Virus record (IMG/VR): IMGVR_UViG_3300045988_061699
Span: 1 to 41,784 of that record
Source: a virus
DNA: 41,784 nt
Direction: 5' to 3' (one strand)
The translations under genes and the position numbers were made by a program. The stretch's first letter is position 1; every line of letters starts with the position of its first letter. This document shows, piece by piece, positions 18,432 through 25,538 of this stretch. The notes under the pieces are model-generated. The model ran no database searches, was not told where the DNA came from, and worked only from the letters and a program-made list of their open reading frames with translations.

Positions 18432-19418
18432 ATGGAGGGCGTTGACGTCTCGAAGTATCAGGGCACCATCGACTGGAACAAGGTGAAAGCATCCGGCATG
18501 GGTTTTGCTATGGTGCGGCAGGGCTGGATTAACTCGGACGGCACAATCACCGAAGACCCGTACTATCGGCAGAATATGCGCGGCGCTCACGCGGCGGGCC
18601 TGCACACCGGCGTGTATCTGTACAGCTACGCCACGAGCGAAAGCGCCATGAAGGTAGCTGCAAACGCCTGTGTGGCCATGCTGGAAGGCTTTGCGTGCGA
18701 TATGCCCATCGCTCTGGACTTTGAGCACGCCACACTGTACAAGCGCTTTTCGCGGGCCGCAAATGCCAGCCTCTGCGCAGCCTTTTTGAGCCGCATTGAG
18801 GAGCTTGGCCGCTACTGCATTATGTACACCTACAAGAGCTTTGCGGCGGCGTACCTCGACATGAGCGCCCTGAGCCGCTTTGATTTTTGGCTTGCCCACT
18901 ACACCGCCCGCACGGACTACGCAGGCCCCTATGGGATGTGGCAGTATACCAGTAGCGGCAGTGTGCCGGGCATTTCGGGGCGCGTGGACTGCAACCACGC
19001 TTACAAGGACTATCCGGCACTTATCGCCGGGGAAAAGAAGGAGGACGTACCCATGAGCGATATGCTGAAAGTAGGCCCGGTTTCGGGCGGCGACCGCAAG
19101 ACGATGACAGCCCTGGCGGACAGCCTGGGCCTGCCCCACGAGGACGCGGGCAATTATCTTATCATCGGCCCCGCCAGCGCGGGCGACCGGAAGGCGGTGG
19201 CAGCAAAGGCTGCTGCTCTGGCGGTGGGCTGCGTGGAGTACGTGCCCGAGCCGGAGCCGGAGCCGACCCCCGAGCCGGAGCCGGAACCCACTCCGGCCCC
19301 CGACAGCGGCAAGGACGATACTGCCGCCTGCACTGAGCAGCTGGCTCGCATGGAGGCAAAGCTGGACAAGCTGCTGGGGCTGCTCGGGCTGGTGAATCCC
19401 GCTTTGCTGGAGGGCTGA
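18432..19418 (+). CDS. endolysin, GH25 muramidase with C-terminal repeat / PE-linker / helix module
   Basis: Start ATG 18432 (MEGVDVSKYQGTIDWNKV, the classic GH25 opening). After about 200 aa come two GPxSxGDRK repeats, a PEPEPEPTPEPEPEPTP linker and an amphipathic tail. Confidence 0.9.
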   Translation: MEGVDVSKYQGTIDWNKVKASGMGFAMVRQGWINSDGTITEDPYYRQNMRGAHAAGLHTGVYLYSYATSESAMKVAANACVAMLEGFACDMPIALDFEHATLYKRFSRAANASLCAAFLSRIEELGRYCIMYTYKSFAAAYLDMSALSRFDFWLAHYTARTDYAGPYGMWQYTSSGSVPGISGRVDCNHAYKDYPALIAGEKKEDVPMSDMLKVGPVSGGDRKTMTALADSLGLPHEDAGNYLIIGPASAGDRKAVAAKAAALAVGCVEYVPEPEPEPTPEPEPEPTPAPDSGKDDTAACTEQLARMEAKLDKLLGLLGLVNPALLEG

Positions 19419-19419
19419 C

Positions 19420-19686
19420 ATGGAGAGCATCATTGTGGCACTCATCACCGGCGGCCTGTCGCTGCTGGGGGTGATTATCAGCGGCCAGAAAACCACCGAA
19501 AAGGTGGGCCACCAGGTGGCCAGCCAGCTGAGCACCCAGCAGGCCGTCACCGACACCAAGCTGGAGGAGCTGACCCGCGAGGTGCGGGAGCATAACAACT
19601 TCGCCCGCCGCGTACCGGTGATGGAGGAGCAGATCAAGGTGATCAACCACCGAATTGCGGACCTTGAAACCGCAGGAAAGGACTAA
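19420..19686 (+). CDS. membrane-anchored coiled-coil protein of the lysis cassette (holin partner/antiholin-like?)
   Basis: 88 aa. One N-terminal TM segment (IIVALITGGLSLLGVIISG) followed by a charged helix. Lies between the endolysin and holin genes. Confidence 0.4.
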   Translation: MESIIVALITGGLSLLGVIISGQKTTEKVGHQVASQLSTQQAVTDTKLEELTREVREHNNFARRVPVMEEQIKVINHRIADLETAGKD

Positions 19687-19688
19687 CC

Positions 19689-19949
19689 ATGGACATTTCG
19701 TATCTGTCGGATTACATGATTCCGGTCATCATGGGCCTGTGCCTGTGCGTGGGCTACGTGACCAAGAAGTGGGTGAAGGACGTGGACAACAAGTTCATTC
19801 CCACCCTGTGCGCCGCCCTGGGCGTTGCCCTGGCCTGCTGGGCCAGCTGGCCCGCCATCGACGCCGGCACCATCCTGGCCGGTATGGTCAGCGGCCTGGC
19901 CTCCACCGGCCTGCACCAGGCGTTCAAGCAGCTGGTGGGCGGGGAGTGA
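19689..19949 (+). CDS. holin
   Basis: 86 aa with 2-3 hydrophobic segments (IPVIMGLCLCVGYV; LCAALGVALACWASW; ILAGMVSGLASTGL). Adjacent to the endolysin gene. Confidence 0.7.
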   Translation: MDISYLSDYMIPVIMGLCLCVGYVTKKWVKDVDNKFIPTLCAALGVALACWASWPAIDAGTILAGMVSGLASTGLHQAFKQLVGGE

Positions 19950-19952
19950 GCT

Positions 19953-20150
19953 ATGGGCAGCAAATTCGATTTCTGCATGGACCGGGGCGAGTATGACGAC
20001 CTGTGTTTTTTGCTCACAGACGACGAGCACGCGGTGCTTGATATGCGCAGAAGGGGACGCAGAAACGCGGAAATTGCAGCCGAATTAAACGTTAGCGAGC
20101 GCACCGTGAAGCGCTATGCTAGAGCAATCCACGACAAAATGAACAGATAA
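19953..20150 (+). CDS. small LuxR/sigma-70 region-4-like HTH protein
   Basis: 65 aa. ...LTDDEHAVLDMRRRGRRNAEIAAELNVSERTVKRYARAIHDKM matches the LuxR-type HTH pattern. It is the last gene before the strong terminator. Confidence 0.6.
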   Translation: MGSKFDFCMDRGEYDDLCFLLTDDEHAVLDMRRRGRRNAEIAAELNVSERTVKRYARAIHDKMNR

Positions 20151-20154
20151 AAAA

Positions 20155-20195
20155 GAAGCCCGGCGGGAGTGTTTCCCGTCGGGCTTCTTTTTTTG
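20155..20195. terminator. bidirectional intrinsic terminator
   Basis: gaagcccggcggga...tcccgtcgggcttc long stem with an A-run upstream and a T8 run downstream. It closes the rightward late operon and the leftward accessory operon. Confidence 0.8.
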
Positions 20196-20341
20196 CTTCC
20201 GGCATAACCGATGCAAAAAATTGCGCATGTTACAAATACTGCAAGTGTTTCAATCCACAGCGGCCGGAATTGCTGGCCACCGCGCCACACAAGCGTCCAT
20301 GTGTGGGGACAACTTCAGTATAGCCCACGTGGGGCGGCTTG

Positions 20342-20764
20342 TCAATATTCCGGGTGCTCGCGGCCATAGGCCACGCCTTTGTCGTACACCTGCTTCAGCA
20401 GGGCGGCAATCTCGCTCAGCTGCGCGGCGGTGTACTTGTCAAACATCTCATCGGGGATATTTGCAAAGATGGCGGCGCAGGTGTCGGGGTACTGCCGCCA
20501 GCCGCTGATCTCCTTTGCCTGCTCGAGTTTGAGCCAGCGTCGCCGCTCTTCGGCGGTCAACCCGTTGGGACCGTATGCCTCGCGGGTGAAAACGTCCGAC
20601 ATGGAGAGCTTCCGGCGGTTGTCTACCAGCGGCTCATCCTCATCGATGAACCAATCTCGCCCGACCCGGCGGGCGGTTTTAAAGCCGCCCCTGTACGCCT
20701 TCTGGCGCACGGTGGCAAGTGCGCGGCCGTGGCGCTCGGCGTACTCCTTTAATGTGATTTCCAT
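20342..20764 (-). CDS. HTH (excisionase/MerR-like) DNA-binding protein with unknown C-terminal domain
   Basis: Start moved to ATG 20764 (RBS GAGGGAGA). MEITLKEYAERHGRALATVRQKAYRGGFKTARRVGRDWFIDEDE is an HTH_17-like opening. 140 aa. Confidence 0.55.
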   Translation of the reverse strand: MEITLKEYAERHGRALATVRQKAYRGGFKTARRVGRDWFIDEDEPLVDNRRKLSMSDVFTREAYGPNGLTAEERRRWLKLEQAKEISGWRQYPDTCAAIFANIPDEMFDKYTAAQLSEIAALLKQVYDKGVAYGREHPEY

Positions 20765-20850
20765 TGCGTTCTCCCTCTTTTTCATTTCGGCCTACCATCA
20801 TCAGTACCGGGCGGCCACTCCTGGCAGACGGCCCGAAGGCCGTTTCGGCG

Positions 20851-21102
20851 TCAGAAGCAGTATCCCTCTTCTCCAAGGGCCGATTCGGCCGAGAAAACGA
20901 CCGACAGCCCACTTGCCCGCTGGCTAATAGTTTTCAGCGTGTATTCGCGGCCGTTGGTATAGCTACCAGCGAGGCGATACCGGAAATCGAAAACGCGGTC
21001 ACCGCGTCGCCATGCCCGGACAAGACCGGCCTTCAGGGCGCGGTCATCGGGGAAAGTGTGGACTTTCCCCGAGATGGTGTCGATGTAGTACGGATTGAAC
21101 AT
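20851..21102 (-). CDS. hypothetical protein (83 aa)
   Basis: Start ATG 21102 with AAGGAGG RBS (MFNPYYIDTISGKVH...). No family recognised. Confidence 0.55.
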   Translation of the reverse strand: MFNPYYIDTISGKVHTFPDDRALKAGLVRAWRRGDRVFDFRYRLAGSYTNGREYTLKTISQRASGLSVVFSAESALGEEGYCF

Positions 21103-21276
21103 AAGAATCCTCCTTTTGTGTTTGTCCTGATTTGTATAAGCCCACGCTTGGGGCAAAGTTAAGGGGGCGGAAAAATCTGGGTTTTCTAGTTTTTACCCCA
21201 TGAGCGCCCACCCTTTCGGGTGGCCGGGCTTGCACCGGCGGCGCTTTCGCGTCGGCCTTGCGGGTTCTTGCGGGTT

Positions 21277-21540
21277 TTAGTCTGCCCATCCCCACAGATC
21301 AAGCCAGCTTGTGGGGCAGTAGACGCGGTAAGTGTGGGTGTTGTCGCACGGGCTGTATTCCTTCGTCACGACCACCGCTCCCGGCGCTGCGGCAAACGGG
21401 GGTGTGTTGGCCAGGGCATCCAGCTCCGGGATGTCCTCCTCAGTCACAAGGTAAAGCCCGACGCCTTTGCTTGTGATCTCCTCACGGATAATCCCCATCT
21501 CGTACCGGTCGGAGATAGCTTTCAGTTCTGCTTTTTTCAT
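21277..21540 (-). CDS. hypothetical protein (87 aa)
   Basis: Start ATG 21540 with GGGAGGAAAG RBS (MKKAELKAISDRYEMGIIREE...). No family recognised. Confidence 0.55.
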   Translation of the reverse strand: MKKAELKAISDRYEMGIIREEITSKGVGLYLVTEEDIPELDALANTPPFAAAPGAVVVTKEYSPCDNTHTYRVYCPTSWLDLWGWAD

Positions 21541-21556
21541 GGTTCTTTCCTCCCTT

Positions 21557-21844
21557 TTAAAAATTCTCGTCGATGATCTCGCAATACTGGGGGTACAGAT
21601 CGCTGATGATGTACTCGCGCTCCAGGTCGTCCAGGTCTCCGTCGCACAGCTTAGCGGCTTCTTCACTGCTGTCCATCTCGATGGGGCTGTAGATCGACCA
21701 CTCTGCATCGCTGCAGCTGTGTACCAGCTCGCCGTCGTCGTTGATGTGGGCGTAAACCAAAATCTTGGTTTCGGTTTCGGGCTCCAGCTCGGTGCCGTTC
21801 TCCATGACCTTCGTTGCGAACTCTTCAGCAGTCAGTTTTTTCAT
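21557..21844 (-). CDS. strongly acidic hypothetical protein (95 aa)
   Basis: Start ATG 21844 with ACGGAGGA RBS. Hand count gives 26 Asp/Glu versus 6 Lys/Arg. First gene of the leftward operon. Confidence 0.6.
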   Translation of the reverse strand: MKKLTAEEFATKVMENGTELEPETETKILVYAHINDDGELVHSCSDAEWSIYSPIEMDSSEEAAKLCDGDLDDLEREYIISDLYPQYCEIIDENF

Positions 21845-22055
21845 TTTTTTGTCCTCCGTTTTGTTTTTTTTGTTTGTGTTGTTTGCTTTCATTGATATTA
21901 TAATACTACTCTAGCTCTACAATGTAAATAGGCAAATTGCACAAACATCAACGGAATATTTTGTAAAATTATACTTTGACCCAAAGTTGGCCCGGTTGTG
22001 TCCTACGTTTTAGCGTTGTTTACTGTACAATGGACGCAAAGAGAGGCGGGCGCAA
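21845..22055. promoter_or_regulatory. AT-rich divergent promoter region between leftward and rightward accessory operons
   Basis: The only AT-rich stretch here. TATAAT reads on both strands around 21897-21904, and TATACT/TACAAT-like hexamers lie further right. No convincing -35 elements identified. Confidence 0.4.
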
Positions 22056-22430
22056 ATGGCATACAGGGATTACAATCCAAACCCCGACGGCAAGCGCGTC
22101 GGAGACTGCACCGTGCGGGCGATTTCGGCAGCTACAGAGAAAAGCTGGGAAGAGGTATACACGGGGCTTGCGGTCGAAGGCTTTGCGCTGCATGATATGC
22201 CCTCTGCAAATCGCGTGTGGGGGAGCTACCTGCGGCGGCATGGATGGCAACGGCAGGCGATGCCGAGCACCTGCCCGGACTGCTACACCGTCGCGGACTT
22301 TGCGGCAGAGCATCCGGCAGGGGCGTACATCTTGGCCTTGCCCGCGCACGTCGTGGCCGTGATCGGCGGCGACTGGCTGGACACATGGGACAGCGGAGAC
22401 GAGGCCCCGATATACTACTGGGAGAGGTGA
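22056..22430 (+). CDS. putative papain-fold (C39/NlpC-like) cysteine peptidase-like protein
   Basis: 124 aa. Has Cys in RVGDCTVRAIS, His in PAHVVAVIGG and Asp in DTWDSGDE, in the order expected of a Cys-His-Asp hydrolase. The call rests on pattern only. Confidence 0.4.
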   Translation: MAYRDYNPNPDGKRVGDCTVRAISAATEKSWEEVYTGLAVEGFALHDMPSANRVWGSYLRRHGWQRQAMPSTCPDCYTVADFAAEHPAGAYILALPAHVVAVIGGDWLDTWDSGDEAPIYYWER

Positions 22431-22434
22431 GCAC

Positions 22435-22878
22435 ATGGCTTTCGGCAATCCATACAGCCCCGGCTATATGCCGGGATACTATCAGATGGGGCAGCAGATG
22501 CCGCCCCCGATGCCCGACCAGCTTGCACAGCTGCGGCAGGGCTACCAGACACCCGCACAGCAGCAGCCTACACCTATTATATGGGTGCAGGGCGAAGAAG
22601 GAGCGAAGGCTTATATGGTAGCCGCCGGGAACAGCGTCCTGCTGATGGACAGCGAGAGCAGCGTTTTTTACATCAAGTCAACGGACGCAAGCGGGATGCC
22701 GCAACCACTTCGGATTTTTGACTACACAGAGCGCGGCAAAATGGCCCCACAAAAAGCCGAAGCGGCGGATGGAAGATTTGTCACGCGCGAAGAGTTTGAC
22801 GCACTGCGCGCCCGATTTGACGCACTGACGGCAGAAAAGCCGGGAAAGGGTGGAGACGATGGCAAATCCTCTGTATAA
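22435..22878 (+). CDS. hypothetical protein with P/Q/G/Y/M-rich N-terminus
   Basis: 147 aa; RBS GGGAGAGGTGA. N-terminal ~45 aa are low complexity (GNPYSPGYMPGYYQMGQQMPPPMPDQ...), followed by a beta-rich core (IIWVQGEEGAKAYMVAAGNSVLLMDSESSVFYIKS) and a C-terminal helix. Confidence 0.6.
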   Translation: MAFGNPYSPGYMPGYYQMGQQMPPPMPDQLAQLRQGYQTPAQQQPTPIIWVQGEEGAKAYMVAAGNSVLLMDSESSVFYIKSTDASGMPQPLRIFDYTERGKMAPQKAEAADGRFVTREEFDALRARFDALTAEKPGKGGDDGKSSV

Positions 22879-23077
22879 CGCGCTGGGCGGTGGGAAAATG
22901 CCCGGCCCAATGGGTCAATTTGGACAAATGTTGCAGCAATTCCAGCAGTTCCGGCAGAGCTTTCAGGGCGACCCGAAAGTGGAGGTGCAAAAGCTGCTAC
23001 AGTCTGGCAAGATGAGCCAGCAGCAGCTAAACCAGCTGCAGATGATGGCGCAGCAGTTTCAGCAATTCATCAAATAA
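22859..23077 (+). CDS. Gln-rich small helical protein (72 aa)
   Basis: ATG 22859 (GTG 22850 is an alternative). 19 Gln by hand count, with repeated FQQF motifs. Overlaps the upstream gene end. Confidence 0.55.
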   Translation: MANPLYNALGGGKMPGPMGQFGQMLQQFQQFRQSFQGDPKVEVQKLLQSGKMSQQQLNQLQMMAQQFQQFIK

Positions 23078-23120
23078 TTTTGTAAAATCGTGGCCGCGAT
23101 TTTAATATTTTCAGCGTATT

Positions 23121-23149
23121 TTGACTGGATTTAACCAAATTTAATTAAA
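23121..23149 (+). promoter_or_regulatory. possible promoter (TTGACT-17-ATTAAA)
   Basis: AT-rich gap 23078-23166. The -35 TTGACT at 23121-23126 is good, but the -10 is poor. Confidence 0.3.
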
Positions 23150-23166
23150 TTTCGAAAGGAGATTTT

Positions 23167-23877
23167 ATGAGTTTATCTTCTGACGGCACCGTGATGACCA
23201 TGCCTGTCCAACCCGCAAACACTACCAGCGGCAATGGCTGGGGCTTTGGCGGAGATGGTGCATGGTGGATTATCATTTTGTTCCTCTTCGTGTTCTGCGG
23301 CTGGGGCGGCAATTGGGGCGGCAACGGCGCAGGCAATAACGGCGCTGGAGTGGTTGACGGTTACGTGCTTACGTCGGATTTTGCCAACATTGAGCGGAAA
23401 ATCGACAACGTGAACAATGGCTTGTGCGATGGCTTTTATCAGCAGGCGCAGCTTATCAACGGCGTACAGCAGGGCATGAGCAACGGCTTTATGTCGGCCG
23501 AAATCAGCCGCGCAAACCAGCAGGCTGCATTTATGCAGCAGCTGAATGCCATGCAGATGCAGCAGGCCAACTGCTGCTGCGAGACCCGGCAGAGCATCAA
23601 CACTGGCACGCGCGACATCATCGACAACCAGAACGCCAATGCGAGAGCGATTTTGGACGCTATGACCGCCCAGCGCATTGAGGCCAAAGACGCCAAGATC
23701 GCCGAGCAGAATCAGCAGCTTTTCGCGGCACAGCTGGCGGCAAGCCAGGCGGCGCAGAACAGCTATTTGATTCAGCAGCTGCGGCCTACACCCATCCCGG
23801 CTTACTCTTCGTGCAATCCCTGGGCGGCTGGGACTTATACCGGCTGCGGCACTGGCTGCGGCGGGTGCAGTTGCTAA
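23167..23877 (+). CDS. membrane protein with Gly/Trp-rich N-terminus, Q/N/A-rich coiled coil and Cys/Gly-rich C-terminus
   Basis: 236 aa; AAAGGAG RBS. GNGWGFGGDGAWWIIILFLFVFCGWGGNWGGNGAGNNG contains one TM helix. There is an internal CCC triplet, and the protein ends ...YTGCGTGCGGCSC. Confidence 0.6.
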   Translation: MSLSSDGTVMTMPVQPANTTSGNGWGFGGDGAWWIIILFLFVFCGWGGNWGGNGAGNNGAGVVDGYVLTSDFANIERKIDNVNNGLCDGFYQQAQLINGVQQGMSNGFMSAEISRANQQAAFMQQLNAMQMQQANCCCETRQSINTGTRDIIDNQNANARAILDAMTAQRIEAKDAKIAEQNQQLFAAQLAASQAAQNSYLIQQLRPTPIPAYSSCNPWAAGTYTGCGTGCGGCSC

Positions 23878-23944
23878 CATCATGTAAGCAACTGCCTACT
23901 ATATATAAGTAGGCTGTTCAGCCCCCTGGCTGATTTTGCAAAAG

Positions 23945-23979
23945 AGCGGCGGGGCAATAGTCCCGCCGCTATCTTTTTT
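23945..23979 (+). terminator. intrinsic terminator
   Basis: 9-bp stem agcggcggg/cccgccgct (23945-23953 with 23962-23970), 8-nt loop, T6 at 23974-23979. Confidence 0.8.
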
Positions 23980-23983
23980 ATAC

Positions 23984-24012
23984 TTGTATTATTACTTTGG
24001 ATATGATAGAAT
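23984..24012 (+). promoter_or_regulatory. sigma-A type promoter TTGTAT-17-TAGAAT (extended -10 TGA)
   Basis: -35 at 23984-23989, 17-nt spacer, -10 at 24007-24012 preceded by TGa. Lies 40 nt upstream of the AT-rich gene at 24052. Confidence 0.6.
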
Positions 24013-24051
24013 ACAAAATATGATCTATTATAAATGTAAAGAGGTGTCTTT

Positions 24052-24708
24052 ATGTCCAAAGTAATTGATATAACCGGGAAAACTTTTTCACAGCTTACCG
24101 TTCTTTGCAGAAATGGCTCAGATTCGAAAGGAAAAGCTGTATGGACTTGTGTTTGCTCATGTGGAAATGTTGTTGATGTCGATGGAACTCGCCTTAGAAA
24201 TGGCAGCGTTAAAAGCTGTGGATGCTTAAAACATAAAGCATACACTTCCACGCATCACATGACAAGAACTCGATTATATTATGCGTGGGCTAATATGAGG
24301 AACCGCTGTAAGCGCGAATCGGTTAAAAGCTATAAAGATTACGGCGCTCGCGGAATAAAAGTTTGCGCAGAATGGGAAAAATCTTTTGAGCCGTTTCGAG
24401 ACTGGGCGCTCGAAAATGGATATTCAGACGACTTGACAATAGAGCGAAAAAACCACGATGGAGATTATTGCCCAGAAAATTGTTGCTGGGTTACAAAAGC
24501 TGCGCAAGCAAACAACCGCAGAATGTGTGTGGAAATCGAATATAATGGCAGAACTCAAAATCTTATGCAATGGTGTAACGAATTAGGACTAAATTATAAA
24601 CGTATCCATAATAGAATGAATAAACTAGGCATGACTTTTGAAGAGGCCATTAGCAAACCGGTTGAGACAAATAAACGAAACAAGAAAGCGAGGTCTATTT
24701 ATGGCTGA
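24052..24708 (+). CDS. homing-endonuclease-like DNA-binding protein (Cys-cluster N-terminus, AP2/HNH-associated domain, C-terminal HTH)
   Basis: 218 aa. GKTFSQLTVL...WTCVCSCGN...SCGC zinc-like cluster; RLYYAWANMRNRC...YGARGIKVCAEW...LTIERKNHDGDYCPENCCWVT (AP2-like); LMQWCNELGLNYKRIHNRMNKLGMTFEEAI (HTH). The gene is visibly AT-richer than its surroundings. Confidence 0.6.
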   Translation: MSKVIDITGKTFSQLTVLCRNGSDSKGKAVWTCVCSCGNVVDVDGTRLRNGSVKSCGCLKHKAYTSTHHMTRTRLYYAWANMRNRCKRESVKSYKDYGARGIKVCAEWEKSFEPFRDWALENGYSDDLTIERKNHDGDYCPENCCWVTKAAQANNRRMCVEIEYNGRTQNLMQWCNELGLNYKRIHNRMNKLGMTFEEAISKPVETNKRNKKARSIYG

Positions 24709-25123
24709 ATTTACAGCATCAAGCACTCAAACTGTAGCCGCCGGGCAGAATGTTCCGTTTACCGAAACGGCGATGGCTGGAAAGGGCTGCATCGTGCACC
24801 GCGAAGGCGCGGGCATTGTGACTTTGCGCGGTATCACAAATCAATGCAAAGCGCGTTATAAGGTTAGTTTTGGCGCAAATATCGCCATCCCGGCGGGCGG
24901 CACGGTGGAAGCCATCACAGCGGCTCTTGCCATCAACGGGGAGCCTTTGACGAGCGCCACCGCGACCGTCACACCGGCAGCCGCCGAAAACTTTTTTAAC
25001 ATCTTCGTGGCGGCATTTATCGAGGTACCGCGCGGGTGCTGCGTGACTGTGGCGGCCGAAAACACAAGCGCACAGGCGATTTTGTTCGCTAATTCAAACT
25101 TTATCGCAGAGCGCGTGAGCTGA
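24701..25123 (+). CDS. hypothetical beta-rich protein resembling BclA C-terminal / C1q-TNF-like jelly-roll domains
   Basis: Start ATG 24701; 140 aa. Strand pattern (TVAAGQNVPFT ... GIVTLRGI ... YKVSFGANIAIPAGGTVEAITAALAINGEPL ... CCVTVAAENTS ... FIAERV) recalls exosporium BclA-CTD/ExsF-type proteins. Similarity is judged from memory only. Confidence 0.4.
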   Translation: MAEFTASSTQTVAAGQNVPFTETAMAGKGCIVHREGAGIVTLRGITNQCKARYKVSFGANIAIPAGGTVEAITAALAINGEPLTSATATVTPAAAENFFNIFVAAFIEVPRGCCVTVAAENTSAQAILFANSNFIAERVS

Positions 25124-25134
25124 AAGGGGAAAAT

Positions 25135-25512
25135 ATGGGCATGAAAGCACTTTATGATCTGCGGGATATGCTGTGCAGTGAGCTGGACGAAATCGCCCAC
25201 AAGGGCGAGATGTCCGCTGGTGATCTCGAGACCGTGCACAAGCTGACCGACACCATCAAAAATATCGACAAAATCTCCATGCTGGAGAGTGACGGATACA
25301 GCCGGAGTGACGGCGGCATGTGGCCGTCGCGCGGAAACTACGGGCGCGGCAGCAGCTATGCCCGGCGGGGCACTCACTATGTGCGCGGGCATTACAGCCG
25401 TGACGATGGGCGAGAGGCCATGCTGCGCCGGGTGCAGGAGATGATGGACGACGCAGACGACAGCGACCGGGAAATTATCAGCCGCTGCTACGACGCGCTG
25501 AAAAATGCCTGA
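25135..25512 (+). CDS. hypothetical protein with central Gly/Arg/Ser/Tyr-rich segment
   Basis: 125 aa; RBS GAAAGGGGA. Helical ends flank ...GYSRSDGGMWPSRGNYGRGSSYARRGTHYVRGHYSRDDG... Confidence 0.6.
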   Translation: MGMKALYDLRDMLCSELDEIAHKGEMSAGDLETVHKLTDTIKNIDKISMLESDGYSRSDGGMWPSRGNYGRGSSYARRGTHYVRGHYSRDDGREAMLRRVQEMMDDADDSDREIISRCYDALKNA

Positions 25513-25538
25513 TGTAGGGGGTGGCGGCCGTGTTTGAT

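Noticed and set aside
23173-23883. 236-aa minus-strand ORF mirroring the gene at 23167-23877
   Set aside because: It has the same length and is antisense to a gene with a strong AAAGGAG RBS. It has no RBS of its own, and it would run against the flanking promoter and terminator logic.
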